Assembly: GCA_003216635.1 (NCBI GenBank)
Contig: QCIO01000006.1
Location: 17,767-81,766 of the forward strand
From: Prochlorococcus sp. AG-402-L23
GTDB lineage: Bacteria > Cyanobacteriota > Cyanobacteriia > PCC-6307 > Cyanobiaceae
DNA: 64,000 nucleotides
Direction: 5' to 3'
Numbering within the stretch: position 1 is the first letter of the stretch; every line of letters starts with the position of its first letter. Position numbers and translations under genes: made by a program. Below, one piece after another: positions 49,429-60,841 of this stretch. Below the pieces are notes generated by a model, which was given only the letters and a program-made list of their open reading frames with translations, did no database searches and was not told the DNA's origin.

Positions 49429-49851
49429 ATGTCTAATTCAAATTTCAGCAATAACCCTGGACAAGAAAATTACAGAGGCCGTTCTAATAACGAAAGATCT
49501 AATTTCAGAGATAGATCAGGAGGTAGAAGAGATGGAGGGGGATTCCGCATAAGATTGAGTGATAACGAAATGAAAGCTGTTAAATCAATACAAGAGACCT
49601 TTCAATTAAGGTCTACCGTTGCAGTTCTGGGTTTCTCTGTTAGAACTCTTAGCGAAATGATCAAAGACGAGAAATTGATTGAATCAATCAAAGAATATGC
49701 AAAAAACAATAAAAACTCCTCTCCGAGTAGAAAATCACAAAATCCTTATGAAGAAAAGACAAAAACAGCTCCTGACCCCTTTGCAAGACCAGTAAAAAGT
49801 ACATCAACTGAAGACATCCAAACTAGCGAAGTAGAAGAGGATGGCAAATAA
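49429..49851 (+). CDS. Conserved hypothetical protein (Arg/Gly-rich N-terminus, ribbon-helix-helix-like core)
   Basis: FRIRLSDNEM.AVKSIQE.FQLRSTVAVLGFSVR. The stop overlaps the trpS start by 11 nt. Confidence 0.7.
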   Translation: MSNSNFSNNPGQENYRGRSNNERSNFRDRSGGRRDGGGFRIRLSDNEMKAVKSIQETFQLRSTVAVLGFSVRTLSEMIKDEKLIESIKEYAKNNKNSSPSRKSQNPYEEKTKTAPDPFARPVKSTSTEDIQTSEVEEDGK

Positions 49852-50857
49852 AAAAAGAATTCTTTCAGGAGTTCAACCAACTGGTGATTTACATATTGGG
49901 AATTGGCTTGGGGCCATTAATAATTGGGTTACGCTTCAAGAGCAATATGAAACATTTCTATGTGTAGTTGATTTGCACGCAATCACAGCTTCATATAATC
50001 CAAAAGAATTATCTAAGAACACTATCTCTACTGCGGCTCTGTACGTCGCTTGTGGAATAGATCCCAAAACATGCTCAATTTTTGTCCAAAGTCAGATTTC
50101 TGCACATTCAGAACTTTGTTGGATATTAAATTGCATGACTCCTATAAATTGGATGGAAAGAATGATTCAATTCAAAGAAAAATCCATACAACAGGGAAAT
50201 AATGTATCCATTGGATTATTTGACTATCCGATCCTAATGGCTGCAGACATTCTTCTATATGACGCTGACTTTGTACCAGTTGGTGAGGATCAAAAACAAC
50301 ATCTTGAACTTGCCAGAGATATTGCACAACAGAGAATTAATGCCAGATTTAGTAAGAATAAAAATATTTTAAAAATCCCTCAACCTATAATCATGAAGAA
50401 TGGTTCAAAAATAATGAGTTTAATTGATGGTTCAAAAAAGATGAGCAAAAGTGATCCTAATGAGGGCAGTCGCATTAACTTATTAGATCCTCCTGAAATA
50501 ATCACAAAAAAAATTAAAAGAGCAAAAAGTGACAGTTCTATTGGAATTGAATTTAACAACCCTGAGAGACCAGAATCTAAAAATCTTTTGATGATTTATT
50601 CAATATTATCTGGCAAAGAGATTTCTAAATGTGAAAATGAATTCTTAGAGACTGGATGGGGGACATTTAAAAAATTAATTACTGAACAACTTATTGAATC
50701 ACTAGAACCTATTCAGAAAAAATATAAAATATTAATTAATGATCCTTATCAACTAAATAAAATCCTTGATGAAGGGAAGGAAAAAGCTGAAGAATTAGCA
50801 AATCAGACTTTAAAAAGAGTTAAATCAAAATTGGGATTCTTTGAAATGGAGAAATAA
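49841..50857 (+). CDS. trpS: Tryptophan--tRNA ligase
   Basis: LSGVQPTGDLHIGN (HIGH), VDLHAIT, YPILMAADILLY, VPVGEDQKQHLE and KMSKS. Confidence 0.98.
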   Translation: MANKKRILSGVQPTGDLHIGNWLGAINNWVTLQEQYETFLCVVDLHAITASYNPKELSKNTISTAALYVACGIDPKTCSIFVQSQISAHSELCWILNCMTPINWMERMIQFKEKSIQQGNNVSIGLFDYPILMAADILLYDADFVPVGEDQKQHLELARDIAQQRINARFSKNKNILKIPQPIIMKNGSKIMSLIDGSKKMSKSDPNEGSRINLLDPPEIITKKIKRAKSDSSIGIEFNNPERPESKNLLMIYSILSGKEISKCENEFLETGWGTFKKLITEQLIESLEPIQKKYKILINDPYQLNKILDEGKEKAEELANQTLKRVKSKLGFFEMEK

Positions 50858-50860
50858 ATT

Positions 50861-52777
50861 ATGCCAATAATCACCTTGCCTGATGGTTCAAAAAAGGTTT
50901 TCGAAAAATCTATAACTATTCTAGAAATTGCCCAGAGTATAGGCGCTGGATTAGCTAAAGCAACAATTGCTGGGAAAGTAAATGATGTTCTTCTTGATGC
51001 AACAATTCCTATAAATAAAGATTCCAAAGTTGTAATCATCACATCAAAAGATAAAGAAGGAATTGAAATAATAAGACATTCCTTCGCTCACCTTATTGGT
51101 CATGCAGTTAAACAAATTTACTCTGATATTAAAATGGCGATTGGGCCTGTAATTGAAGATGGTTTTTATTACGATATTTTCTCTGAATACAGATTTACTC
51201 CTGAAGATTTAATAAAAATCGAAAATAGAATTAATAAATTAATAAAAACAAACTATGACGTTGAAATTTCACAAGTTTCTAAAGAAGAGGCAATTAAAAC
51301 TTTTAAAGAAAGAGATGAGACTTTTAAATTAAGAATAATTGAAGAAATTCCTGAAGAAGGTCTTATCAATTTATACAAGCACGAAGAATACATTGACATG
51401 TGTAGAGGGCCTCACGTTCCTAACACTAGGCATTTGAGACACTTTAAATTACTTAAATTATCAGGTTCATATTGGAGAGGTAATAGTGAGAATGAATCAT
51501 TACAGAGAATATATGGAACTGCATGGGCAAAAGAAAAAGAACTCAATGACTACTTAACAAGAATTGAGGAAGCGGAAAAAAGAGATCATAGAAAACTTGG
51601 TAAAAAACATTCACTTTTTCATATACAAGAAGAATCTCCAGGAATGATTTTTTGGCATCCAAATGGATGGACAATCTACCAAGTACTGGAAAAGTACATA
51701 AGAGAAATACTCAAAAAAAATGATTATTTAGAAATTAAAACCCCACAAGCTGTTGATAAATCTCTTTGGGAAAAATCCGGTCATTGGGAAAAATTTAGAG
51801 ACGATATGTTCACTACTGCATCAGAAAATCGAACATATGCAATTAAACCAATGAATTGTCCATGCCATATTCAAGTATTTAATCAAGGTTTAAAAAGTTA
51901 TAAAGATTTACCTATTCGTCTTGCTGAATTTGGTTCTTGTCACAGAAATGAGCCCTCTGGAGCACTACATGGCTTAATGAGAGTAAGAAACTTTACTCAA
52001 GATGATGCGCACATATTTTGCACAGAAGAGCAAATTCAAGAAGAAGTATCTATTTTTATAGATCTTGTTTTCGAGGTTTATAAAACTTTTGGTTTTAATG
52101 AAATCATTATCAAATTATCAACTCGTCCTAAAAAAAGGGTAGGTAGTGAAGAGATTTGGGATAAATCAGAAGAGGCTCTTACCAAAGCTTTAGATAATAA
52201 GAATCTAAAATGGGAACTCCAACCAGGGGAGGGGGCTTTTTACGGTCCAAAAATAGAATTCTCATTAAAAGATTGTCTTAATAGAGTTTGGCAATGCGGA
52301 ACAATTCAGGTTGATTTCTCAATGCCTATTAGATTGAATGCAACTTATGTAGATATTGATAATGAAAAAAGAAATCCAGTTATGCTGCATAGAGCAATTT
52401 TAGGATCCTTTGAAAGATTTATAGGAATATTAATTGAACAATATGAGGCAAAATTCCCAATTTGGCTTGCGCCTTATCAAATAATTTTATTGAGCATTAC
52501 TGATAGAAATATTGAAAAGTGTTTAGAGTTTAATAAATTAATAAATAATAGTGGTTACCGATCAAAAGTTGATATTAGGAATGAAAAAATAGGATATAAA
52601 ATACGAGAAGCAACTCTCGGGAGAGTTCCTTTAATTGCAGTTATTGGAGATAAAGAAGAGGAAATTGATTCAGTCGCCTTAAGAGCTTTGAATGGAAAAA
52701 ATTTAGGAATTTTAAACTTACCTAATCTTTTCAAATTAATGGATGAACAAATAGAAAAAAAAGGGAGAACAGAATAA
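50861..52777 (+). CDS. thrS: Threonine--tRNA ligase (proteobacterial-type, with TGS domain)
   Basis: [55 protein letters not shown] and [11 protein letters not shown]. Confidence 0.98.
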   Translation: MPIITLPDGSKKVFEKSITILEIAQSIGAGLAKATIAGKVNDVLLDATIPINKDSKVVIITSKDKEGIEIIRHSFAHLIGHAVKQIYSDIKMAIGPVIEDGFYYDIFSEYRFTPEDLIKIENRINKLIKTNYDVEISQVSKEEAIKTFKERDETFKLRIIEEIPEEGLINLYKHEEYIDMCRGPHVPNTRHLRHFKLLKLSGSYWRGNSENESLQRIYGTAWAKEKELNDYLTRIEEAEKRDHRKLGKKHSLFHIQEESPGMIFWHPNGWTIYQVLEKYIREILKKNDYLEIKTPQAVDKSLWEKSGHWEKFRDDMFTTASENRTYAIKPMNCPCHIQVFNQGLKSYKDLPIRLAEFGSCHRNEPSGALHGLMRVRNFTQDDAHIFCTEEQIQEEVSIFIDLVFEVYKTFGFNEIIIKLSTRPKKRVGSEEIWDKSEEALTKALDNKNLKWELQPGEGAFYGPKIEFSLKDCLNRVWQCGTIQVDFSMPIRLNATYVDIDNEKRNPVMLHRAILGSFERFIGILIEQYEAKFPIWLAPYQIILLSITDRNIEKCLEFNKLINNSGYRSKVDIRNEKIGYKIREATLGRVPLIAVIGDKEEEIDSVALRALNGKNLGILNLPNLFKLMDEQIEKKGRTE

Positions 52778-52787
52778 TTCCTAATAT

Positions 52788-53822
52788 ATGAATTTTCTCG
52801 CTTGTGATTTAGGAGGTACAAAGGTTCTTTTAGGAATTTTCGAAAAAGAAATAAATAATAATTCGCCTAAATTAATATTTAAAAAGAAATATATATCGTC
52901 TGATTGGGGTTCTTTTGAATTAATCCTAGAGGATTTTCTCAAAAAAGAATGCAAAAATATTACTCATCCTTCTTCTGCATGTTTCGCCGTAGCTGGTCCT
53001 TTATCTAATAACAACGCAAAAATCATTAACTTGTCATGGAATATTTCTGGAGATGCTTTACAGAACAAATTTAATATTAAAAGCTGCGAGCTAATAAATG
53101 ATTTCGCTGTACAAATTTATGGAATACCTTTTTTAAAAAAAAATCAATATTCCACTATCCAAAATGGATCTCATTCTGAAGGTACTAATAATGATTTGCA
53201 TGCCATTGTTGGAGCGGGGACTGGTTTGGGCATTGCAAGAGGAATAATATCAGGGGAAAGGGTAAAAGTTTTAGCTAGTGAAGGTGGTCATGTTGAGTAC
53301 TCCCCAAAGTCAAAATTAGAATGGGAATTAAAAATTTGGCTTAAGAATTACCTAAAAGTTGAAAGGATATCTTGTGAAAGAATTATTAGCGGCACTGGTT
53401 TATCAAGAATTGCCGAATGGAGACTAAGCAAGCCTGATGCCCAAAACCATCCTCTACAACAATATTTAAAAAAAATAAAAATTTTTGATGCTGCGAGAAA
53501 GGAACTACCTGAAAAAATTTGTAATCTTTCTAAAGAAGGAGATCAAATAATGATTGAAGTTGAGAGGATTTGGTTAGGTGCTTATGCCTCTTTATTGGGA
53601 GATGTTGCTCTTCAAGAATTGTGCTTTGGCGGGTTATGGATTTCTGGAGGAACCGCATCAAAACATTTCAAAAACTTTAAATCAGATTTATTTTTAAAAC
53701 AATTTTTCGACAAGGGAAGATTAAAAGATATTCTTAAAACAATACCTATGAAAGTAATTTTAGATGAAGAGTTTGGACTTTTTAGTGCAGCCTGCAGAGC
53801 AAAAATGCTTTTAAAAACTTAA
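52788..53822 (+). CDS. glk: Glucokinase (E. coli Glk type)
   Basis: LACDLGGTK, CFAVAGP, LINDFA, GAGTGLG, SEGGH, ERIISGTG and GG.WISGG. Confidence 0.93.
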   Translation: MNFLACDLGGTKVLLGIFEKEINNNSPKLIFKKKYISSDWGSFELILEDFLKKECKNITHPSSACFAVAGPLSNNNAKIINLSWNISGDALQNKFNIKSCELINDFAVQIYGIPFLKKNQYSTIQNGSHSEGTNNDLHAIVGAGTGLGIARGIISGERVKVLASEGGHVEYSPKSKLEWELKIWLKNYLKVERISCERIISGTGLSRIAEWRLSKPDAQNHPLQQYLKKIKIFDAARKELPEKICNLSKEGDQIMIEVERIWLGAYASLLGDVALQELCFGGLWISGGTASKHFKNFKSDLFLKQFFDKGRLKDILKTIPMKVILDEEFGLFSAACRAKMLLKT

Positions 53823-53831
53823 AAACAAAAA

Positions 53832-54779
53832 ATGTCTATTCCTGAAGTAGGTAAAAAAATAAGGGTAACAGTACCTTCCACAACTGCCAATTTAGGGCCT
53901 GGATTCGATTGTCTTGGAGCAGCATTAGATTTGTATAATGAGTTTATTTTTACAAGAATTGAAGGTGGTGGAGATAGATTTGATTTAATAATGGAAAGTA
54001 CAGATGGTAATCACTTAAGAGGAGGACCTGAAAACTTAGTTTTTAGAGCAGCTCAAAAAGTATGGGAGAGCGCAAATATGGATCCTTTTGCACTTGAAGC
54101 AAGAGTTAAATTGGCAGTGCCGCCTGCACGCGGGCTAGGAAGTAGTGCTACAGCAATAGTTGCTGGACTAATCGGAGCAAATGCAATAATGAACTCTCCA
54201 TTATCCAAAGAAAAACTCCTTGAACTTGCCATTGATATAGAAGGTCATCCTGATAATGTAGTGCCCTCTCTTCTGGGTGGGCTTTGTTTGACAGCAAGGT
54301 CTTCTTCTCAGAGATGGAGAATCATTAGATGTGATTGGCACGATTCAATTAAAGCTGTTGTAGCAATACCTGCAATTCGTCTAAGTACAATTGAAGCAAG
54401 AAAGGTTATGCCCAAGAATGTACCTATATCAGATGCAGTGACAAATATGGGGGCGCTCACTTTGTTACTTAACGGCTTAAAAGCAGGGAATGCGGAACTT
54501 ATAAAAGAAGGAATGTTTGATAAGCTACATGAACCTTACAGATGGAAACTTATTAAGGGTGGATTAGAAGTTAAAGATGCCGCACTAAATGCAGGTGCTC
54601 TAGGATGCGCAATTAGTGGGGCTGGGCCAAGTATCTTAGCTTTGTGTAAAAAAGAAAATGGTAAAAACGTCAGTCAAGCCATGGTGAAAACATGGGAGAA
54701 GTCAGGTGTAGCTAGTAGAGCGCCGTTCTTAAACGTTCAAACAACGGGTAGCCAATTTAGCAAAATCTCTGGTAAGTAG
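53832..54779 (+). CDS. thrB: Homoserine kinase
   Basis: VPSTTANLGPGFD, VPPARGLGSS, EGHPDNV and ISGAGPS. Confidence 0.97.
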   Translation: MSIPEVGKKIRVTVPSTTANLGPGFDCLGAALDLYNEFIFTRIEGGGDRFDLIMESTDGNHLRGGPENLVFRAAQKVWESANMDPFALEARVKLAVPPARGLGSSATAIVAGLIGANAIMNSPLSKEKLLELAIDIEGHPDNVVPSLLGGLCLTARSSSQRWRIIRCDWHDSIKAVVAIPAIRLSTIEARKVMPKNVPISDAVTNMGALTLLLNGLKAGNAELIKEGMFDKLHEPYRWKLIKGGLEVKDAALNAGALGCAISGAGPSILALCKKENGKNVSQAMVKTWEKSGVASRAPFLNVQTTGSQFSKISGK

Positions 54780-54858
54780 TTTTACTTAGGCATTTTTAAT
54801 GTTATAGTCTCAAGCTAGTACAACTTCAACTAGAATAAAAAAATTATTCATTACATCA

Positions 54859-56400
54859 ATGAATTTAGAATCTTTTCCTTGGCTATCATTAATTGTTTTA
54901 CTGCCTTTAATTGGGGCATTAATAATGCCTTTCTTGAGTTCAAAAGAAGGAGAAGATAATACACTCCCTAGAAATATCTCATTAAGTTTTTTATTTATAG
55001 ATTTTTTACTAATAATCGGCGTCCTTTTTCAAAAATTCAATACTTCAGATAGTTCTTTACAACTGGTAGAAAGAGCTTCCTGGTTACCATCAATAGGCTT
55101 AGAGTGGTCTCTTGGAGTTGATGGATTATCTGCTCCTTTAGTAGCTTTAAGTGGCTTAATTACATTTTTATCAGCTGCGGCTAGTTGGAAAATTAAGAAA
55201 AAATCTAATCTATATTTTGCTCTTTTATTAGTCCAAGCATCAGCACAGGCACTAGTTTTCCTTTCTCAAGATTTCCTATTATTTTTCTTGGCATGGGAAC
55301 TTGAATTAGTTCCGGTATATCTTCTTATTGCGATTTGGGGAGGAAAAAAGAAATTATATGCTGCCACTAAATTTATTCTATATACAGCTTTAGCCTCCTT
55401 ATTAATACTCATAAGCGGATTAGCACTTGCATTGAGTGGTGACACCTTTACTTTAAATATTACTGATTTAACCAATAAACATGTAACAGGCAGCCTAGCT
55501 TTATTATCTTATTTAGGATTTTTAATTGGTTTCGGAGTAAAACTTCCTATCTTTCCATTACATACTTGGTTACCCGATGCACATGGAGAGGCTAATGCAC
55601 CAGTTTCAATGTTACTTGCTGGAATACTCTTAAAAATGGGAGGCTACGCTCTTTTAAGATTCAATGTACAAATACTACCTGAAGTACATCTTCAAATTGC
55701 ACCTGCATTAATTATTCTTGGGATAATCAATATAATTTACGGAGCATTAAATGCATTTGCACAAGATAATGTTAAAAGAAGGATAGCATGTAGTTCAGTG
55801 AGTCATATGGGTTTTGTTCTACTAGGTATTGGAGCAGTAGATTCACTAGGTATAAGCGGAGCAATGCTCCAAATGATCAGTCACGGACTGATCGCTGCAG
55901 CTATGTTTTTTGTTACTGGCTCATTTTATGAAAGGACAAATACTCTTTCGATACCAAATATGGGTGGTTTAGCAAAGGTCTTGCCAATAACTTTTGCTTT
56001 TTTCTTGGCAAGCTCATTGGCCTCTTTAGCACTACCTGGGATGAGCGGTTTTATAAGTGAAATAACTATATTTTTAGGTATCACTAGTCAAGAAGGCTTC
56101 AGCTCTATCTTTAGATCGATAACTATTCTTATTGCAGCCATAGGCTTAGTTCTAACACCAATTTATCTACTATCAATGTGCAGAAGAGTATTCTTTGGCC
56201 CTAGAATTCCTGCACTAGCTACAGTTAAAGAAATGAATGGTAGAGAATTGACGATAGGTTTCAGTTTATTGTTGCCTACTTTGGTGATAGGTTTTTGGCC
56301 AAAAATCGCAATAAATTTATACGAATCCTCAACCAATGCTCTCAGTCAGCAGCTTACTTTAGCTAAATTGGTTGGACTAATCCCAAATTTAGTTAATTAA
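54859..56400 (+). CDS. ndhD: NAD(P)H-quinone oxidoreductase subunit 4 (NdhD)
   Basis: [54 protein letters not shown] and [10 protein letters not shown]. Confidence 0.95.
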   Translation: MNLESFPWLSLIVLLPLIGALIMPFLSSKEGEDNTLPRNISLSFLFIDFLLIIGVLFQKFNTSDSSLQLVERASWLPSIGLEWSLGVDGLSAPLVALSGLITFLSAAASWKIKKKSNLYFALLLVQASAQALVFLSQDFLLFFLAWELELVPVYLLIAIWGGKKKLYAATKFILYTALASLLILISGLALALSGDTFTLNITDLTNKHVTGSLALLSYLGFLIGFGVKLPIFPLHTWLPDAHGEANAPVSMLLAGILLKMGGYALLRFNVQILPEVHLQIAPALIILGIINIIYGALNAFAQDNVKRRIACSSVSHMGFVLLGIGAVDSLGISGAMLQMISHGLIAAAMFFVTGSFYERTNTLSIPNMGGLAKVLPITFAFFLASSLASLALPGMSGFISEITIFLGITSQEGFSSIFRSITILIAAIGLVLTPIYLLSMCRRVFFGPRIPALATVKEMNGRELTIGFSLLLPTLVIGFWPKIAINLYESSTNALSQQLTLAKLVGLIPNLVN

Positions 56401-56412
56401 ACTTTTTAATAA

Positions 56413-58500
56413 ATGGATACCTCAATTTTTAAATATGGAGAACTACCAGAATTTAAAAAATTTACTCCCGAAAACATAAGTAAACAATTTCCATTATTAC
56501 TAGAAAAAATAGCCGAAGACTTTAAAAAAATAGAGAAAAATTTATCCAATTATTTGATTCAAAATGATTCAAACTGGGATAAAGTAATAAATCCTTTAAA
56601 TGAAGTTAATGAAATTCTTAGATGGAGTTGGGGAGTAATAAGTCACCTAAATGCAGTAAATAATTCTGAAAGTCTTAGAGATATTTATTCAAAATTTCTT
56701 CCAGAGATTATTAGCTTGAATAATAAATTTGGACAAAGTAAAATAATTTACAATTCTTTAGTCAAGCTTAAAGAAACAAATAACTTTGATCAAATCAAAA
56801 ACAGAATTTTAGATAAAGAAATTCTTGAGATGCAACATAGAGGAATTTCACTACAAAAAAATGATCAAGAGGAATTCAACAACATTTCAGAAAAGCTTGG
56901 AAAGCTATCAACAGACTTTAGCAACAATGTTCTTGATGCCACTAATAAATGGTTTTTAATATTAAATAAAAAATCTGAAGTCGATGGTCTTCCTGAAAGA
57001 GTACTTGAATTGATGGCAATTTCTGCACACAATCACTTAAAAAAAGATGAAGAAGTTGATATTAAAAAAGGTCCTTGGAAATTAAGTCTAGATATTCCAA
57101 CTTATACTTCATTTATGACATATGCCACCGACCGTAACCTTAGAGAAAAAATATACAAGGCATTCGTGGGTAGGGCGTCTCAAGGAGAAAAAAATAATTC
57201 TCAAATCATTGAAGAGATATTATCTCTTAGAACTAAACAGGCTAATCTTCTGGGTTATAAAAGTTGGGCAGAACTAAGTTTGTCAACGAAAATGGCGAAA
57301 GAAATTAAAAATGTTGAAAACCTTTTAGAAGAATTGAGAGAGCCAGCATTCAAAACCGCAAAAATTGAATTAGAAACCCTCGATAAGTTTTCTAAAGCTA
57401 ATGGATTTCCAAAATCACAGAATATCGAGCCATGGGATATTAGTTATTGGTCCGAACTTCTTAGAAAGGAAAAGCTCAATTTGGATCAAGAGTCTTTGAG
57501 ACCTTGGTTCCCACTAAATGATGTTTTGAAAGGTTTATTTAAATTAAGTGAAAAGCTTTTTGAAATTAAAGTAGTCGAGGCAACTGATGAGGCACCTCTG
57601 TGGAATGATGACGTTTTATTTTTTAATATCCTCAATAAAGAAAATGACAAAATAGCATCATTTTACCTAGATCCATATTCGAGGCCTGAATCAAAGAGGG
57701 GAGGGGCTTGGATGGATGAATGTTTGAATAAAAATAATCTTGGCAAAAAGACCCTTCCTGTAGCTTATCTCGTTTGTAATCAGACTCCACCATCAAAAGA
57801 TAAACCTAGTTTGATGAGTTTTGAAGAAGTTCAGACACTTTTCCATGAATTTGGTCATGGTCTTCAACACATGCTTACTACTGTAAATCTTCCTCAAGCA
57901 GCTGGCATCAACAACGTTGAGTGGGACGCAGTCGAACTTCCAAGTCAATTTATGGAAAACTGGTGTTTTCATAAAAATACACTTATGAATATTGCTAAGC
58001 ACTACAAAACAAGAGAAAAATTATCCGATGAGAATTTTGAGAAGCTCCTAAAGAATAGAACTTTTAATTGTGGTATGGCTACTCTTAGACAACTACATTT
58101 TGCAATAACAGACCTCAGATTGCACAGTAGTATTGATAAAAACGAAGGTAAAACAGCAGATGAGATAAGAAGAGAAATTGCAAAACAAACTACTGTTATT
58201 GAACCAATTCAAGAGGATAACTTTCTTTGTTGTTTTAGTCATATATTTGCAGGCGGATATTCTGCAGGATATTACTCATATAAATGGGCTGAAGTTCTAA
58301 GTGCTGATGCATTTTCAATGTTTGAAGAAGCTGATCTAGAAAACTCTGAAGATTTAAAGTTTATAGGAAAGAAATTCAAAGATACAATACTTAGCTTAGG
58401 AGGAAGCCTACCTCCATTAGACATATTCAAACTATTCAGGGGAAGAGAGCCACAAACTGATTCCTTAATAAGGCACTTAGGTCTATCTGGAGCTACTTAA
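56413..58500 (+). CDS. prlC: Oligopeptidase A (M3 metallopeptidase)
   Basis: FYLDPYSR..SKRGGAWM, Zn motif FHEFGHGLQH, VELPSQFMENW and GYSAGYYSYKWAE. Confidence 0.95.
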   Translation: MDTSIFKYGELPEFKKFTPENISKQFPLLLEKIAEDFKKIEKNLSNYLIQNDSNWDKVINPLNEVNEILRWSWGVISHLNAVNNSESLRDIYSKFLPEIISLNNKFGQSKIIYNSLVKLKETNNFDQIKNRILDKEILEMQHRGISLQKNDQEEFNNISEKLGKLSTDFSNNVLDATNKWFLILNKKSEVDGLPERVLELMAISAHNHLKKDEEVDIKKGPWKLSLDIPTYTSFMTYATDRNLREKIYKAFVGRASQGEKNNSQIIEEILSLRTKQANLLGYKSWAELSLSTKMAKEIKNVENLLEELREPAFKTAKIELETLDKFSKANGFPKSQNIEPWDISYWSELLRKEKLNLDQESLRPWFPLNDVLKGLFKLSEKLFEIKVVEATDEAPLWNDDVLFFNILNKENDKIASFYLDPYSRPESKRGGAWMDECLNKNNLGKKTLPVAYLVCNQTPPSKDKPSLMSFEEVQTLFHEFGHGLQHMLTTVNLPQAAGINNVEWDAVELPSQFMENWCFHKNTLMNIAKHYKTREKLSDENFEKLLKNRTFNCGMATLRQLHFAITDLRLHSSIDKNEGKTADEIRREIAKQTTVIEPIQEDNFLCCFSHIFAGGYSAGYYSYKWAEVLSADAFSMFEEADLENSEDLKFIGKKFKDTILSLGGSLPPLDIFKLFRGREPQTDSLIRHLGLSGAT

Positions 58501-59104
58501 TAATTTCATCGATTATTTTGTCAACCACAGATTTATTTCTTACAAGGTTTCTATGTTTATATACTTTTACTGATATTTTTTTTCCAAAATTTAAATTTGT
58601 CCACCAGCCAGGAAAAACCATCAAATCCCAATAAGTAAAGAAATTTATACACTCAATTTCATCAAGAAAAAAATCATTATTTGCGAGTTCTCTTAAAAAC
58701 TTACTATTTATTTTCATTTCTGATATTCCTCTAAAGGGGTATTTAGGTATTAATTGAGCCATCAAAGTTCCTTTGTGAGGGGAACCTATAGATATTAATC
58801 TTCTTGTTCTTTTATGCCCATTAAATTTTTGAAGCCAGTGCCTACCAATTATTCCTCCCATAGAAAATCCCAAAATATCTATTTCTTTTTCTAAACCATA
58901 TTTCTCTAAAATTAATTCGTTTAATTTATTAGTCAAATCAAGAATTGAAGTCATTCCATATGAATGCTTAAGAGTTGGGGCAAAATATTCAATGCCAATA
59001 TCATCAAGTTTTGAGGTAATAGAAGAAAAAATACTTGAAGTATTCCAAAGACCATGAATCAATATAATAGGATTTCTTTTTTCCAATACTTTAATTATTT
59101 TCAA
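58493..59104 (-). CDS. Alpha/beta hydrolase (lipase/esterase-like)
   Basis: IILIHGL, GFSMGG nucleophile elbow, SIGSPHKGT, DLMV and HRNL. Confidence 0.85.
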   Translation of the reverse strand: MKIIKVLEKRNPIILIHGLWNTSSIFSSITSKLDDIGIEYFAPTLKHSYGMTSILDLTNKLNELILEKYGLEKEIDILGFSMGGIIGRHWLQKFNGHKRTRRLISIGSPHKGTLMAQLIPKYPFRGISEMKINSKFLRELANNDFFLDEIECINFFTYWDLMVFPGWWTNLNFGKKISVKVYKHRNLVRNKSVVDKIIDEIIK

Positions 59105-59453
59105 GAATTCTTACTATTGACACCTGCCCATCGAAACCTGTGATTGGAGGATTACATTTTGTCAAAATAATTTTAACTTTAGAAAGCTTAAATTCCTGAT
59201 CGATGATCTCTAAAATTTCGTTTGAATATTTTTCGATTGTGAAACAATATATTTTCTTTGATTGGTCTTTTAAAATTTGAACTAGTTTTGAGTAGTCAAC
59301 TGTTTTTTTTATATCATCATTTACTGTACATTTTTCAAAATCAATCCACAAAAATACATCTAAAATAAATAGTTGTCCCAATTCCCTTTCTTTATCAAGA
59401 ACACCAACCCTAGCCCAAAGTTTAATATTCTCAATTTTTAAAAAAGTTTCCAT
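59091..59453 (-). CDS. folB: Dihydroneopterin aldolase
   Basis: ARVGVLDKERELGQLF.LD, TVDYS, TIE and TKCNPPI. Confidence 0.88.
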   Translation of the reverse strand: METFLKIENIKLWARVGVLDKERELGQLFILDVFLWIDFEKCTVNDDIKKTVDYSKLVQILKDQSKKIYCFTIEKYSNEILEIIDQEFKLSKVKIILTKCNPPITGFDGQVSIVRILENN

Positions 59454-59464
59454 CTTTAAAAGTT

Positions 59465-60775
59465 TTAAAGATCTTTATGTGTATAGATAGCCTTTCCTGA
59501 TGAAAAATCATCAACTATATTCCCATGACCTTTTAGGAAATATTTATAAGTTACCAAACCTTCTAGACCTACAGGTCCCCTTGGTGGAAGAGTATGAGTA
59601 GATATGCCAACTTCAGCTCCAAATCCATATCTAAACCCATCTGCGAACCTAGTAGAGCAATTATGAAAAACACCTGCACTATCAACTACATTCATAAATT
59701 TATTGGCAGTATTTGAATTTTCAGTAATTATTCCATCTGTATGTTTTGAACTATATTTTTGAATATGTTTGATTGCCTCCTCAAGATTATCAACAATTTT
59801 TATCGATAGAATTAAATCCAAATATTCAGTTCCCCAATCTTCTAGGCTAGCCTCATACTTTAACCCTAATTCAACTGATCTCTTATCTCCGATTAATTTA
59901 ACATCATTAGAATTAAAAAGAGGGATTGCCTTTTCTAAAAAAGCTGGTGCGATATCTTTATGGACTAATAAAGTTTCGATAGCATTACATGCTGCAGGAT
60001 ATTGAATTTTGCTGTCCAAAGCAACTGATAAAGCCATCTCTATATTTGCCTCAATATCTATGAACAAGTGACAAATTCCATCAGCATGTCCTAGCACAGG
60101 AATTTTTGTATTCTCCTGAATAAATTTAACTAATTCATTACTTCCTCTTGGAATTATTAAATTAATATATTTCTCAAGATTTAACATCGACATGCTATCT
60201 TTCCTGCTTGTTAGTAAACATATTGCATTTTTATCAAGACCTGATTCATTTAAACCTTCTTGTAATGCTTTCACTATTGAAGTATTTGTTAAATTGGCTT
60301 CACTACCTCCCTTTAGCATTACTCCATTACCCGATCTTATTGCTAAAGAACTAATCTGCATTACGGCATCTGGCCTTGATTCAAAAATAACCCCTAAGAC
60401 TCCAATTGGCACAGTTTTTCTTTCTAAGATCAATCCCTTTGCAAGCTCTTTTTTTATTTGAACTTGATTTACAGGATCAGCTAAATCGCCAACTTTTCTT
60501 ACTCCTTCAATTCCTGAATTTAATTTTGATTTTGATAACTTTAATCTAGAAAGTAAAGCCCTAGAAATACCCTTTTTTTCTGCATTTGAATAATCCTCAT
60601 TATTAGCCTCTAATATTTCTTTAGAATTTTTTTCTAGATAATCAGCCATAAAATTTAAGGCTTTAATTCGATTTTGATTTTCAGTCTGACTTATTTTTAT
60701 TGATGCCAAACGAACTTTCTCAGCTTTTTCTAAAAGATCATTACCTGGTTGGGGAACTTCAAAGATATTAGCCAT
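59465..60775 (-). CDS. proA: Gamma-glutamyl phosphate reductase
   Basis: VPIGVLGVIFESRP, LKGGSEA, IPRGS, GHADGICH, PAACNAIETLLVH, HNCSTRFADG and RGPVGLEGL. Confidence 0.97.
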   Translation of the reverse strand: MANIFEVPQPGNDLLEKAEKVRLASIKISQTENQNRIKALNFMADYLEKNSKEILEANNEDYSNAEKKGISRALLSRLKLSKSKLNSGIEGVRKVGDLADPVNQVQIKKELAKGLILERKTVPIGVLGVIFESRPDAVMQISSLAIRSGNGVMLKGGSEANLTNTSIVKALQEGLNESGLDKNAICLLTSRKDSMSMLNLEKYINLIIPRGSNELVKFIQENTKIPVLGHADGICHLFIDIEANIEMALSVALDSKIQYPAACNAIETLLVHKDIAPAFLEKAIPLFNSNDVKLIGDKRSVELGLKYEASLEDWGTEYLDLILSIKIVDNLEEAIKHIQKYSSKHTDGIITENSNTANKFMNVVDSAGVFHNCSTRFADGFRYGFGAEVGISTHTLPPRGPVGLEGLVTYKYFLKGHGNIVDDFSSGKAIYTHKDL

Positions 60776-60841
60776 AATATTTTTTAGTTAATCTAATAAT
60801 AATTCAATTTAACGATTCTTTAAAGTAAATTTCTTTCTGAA

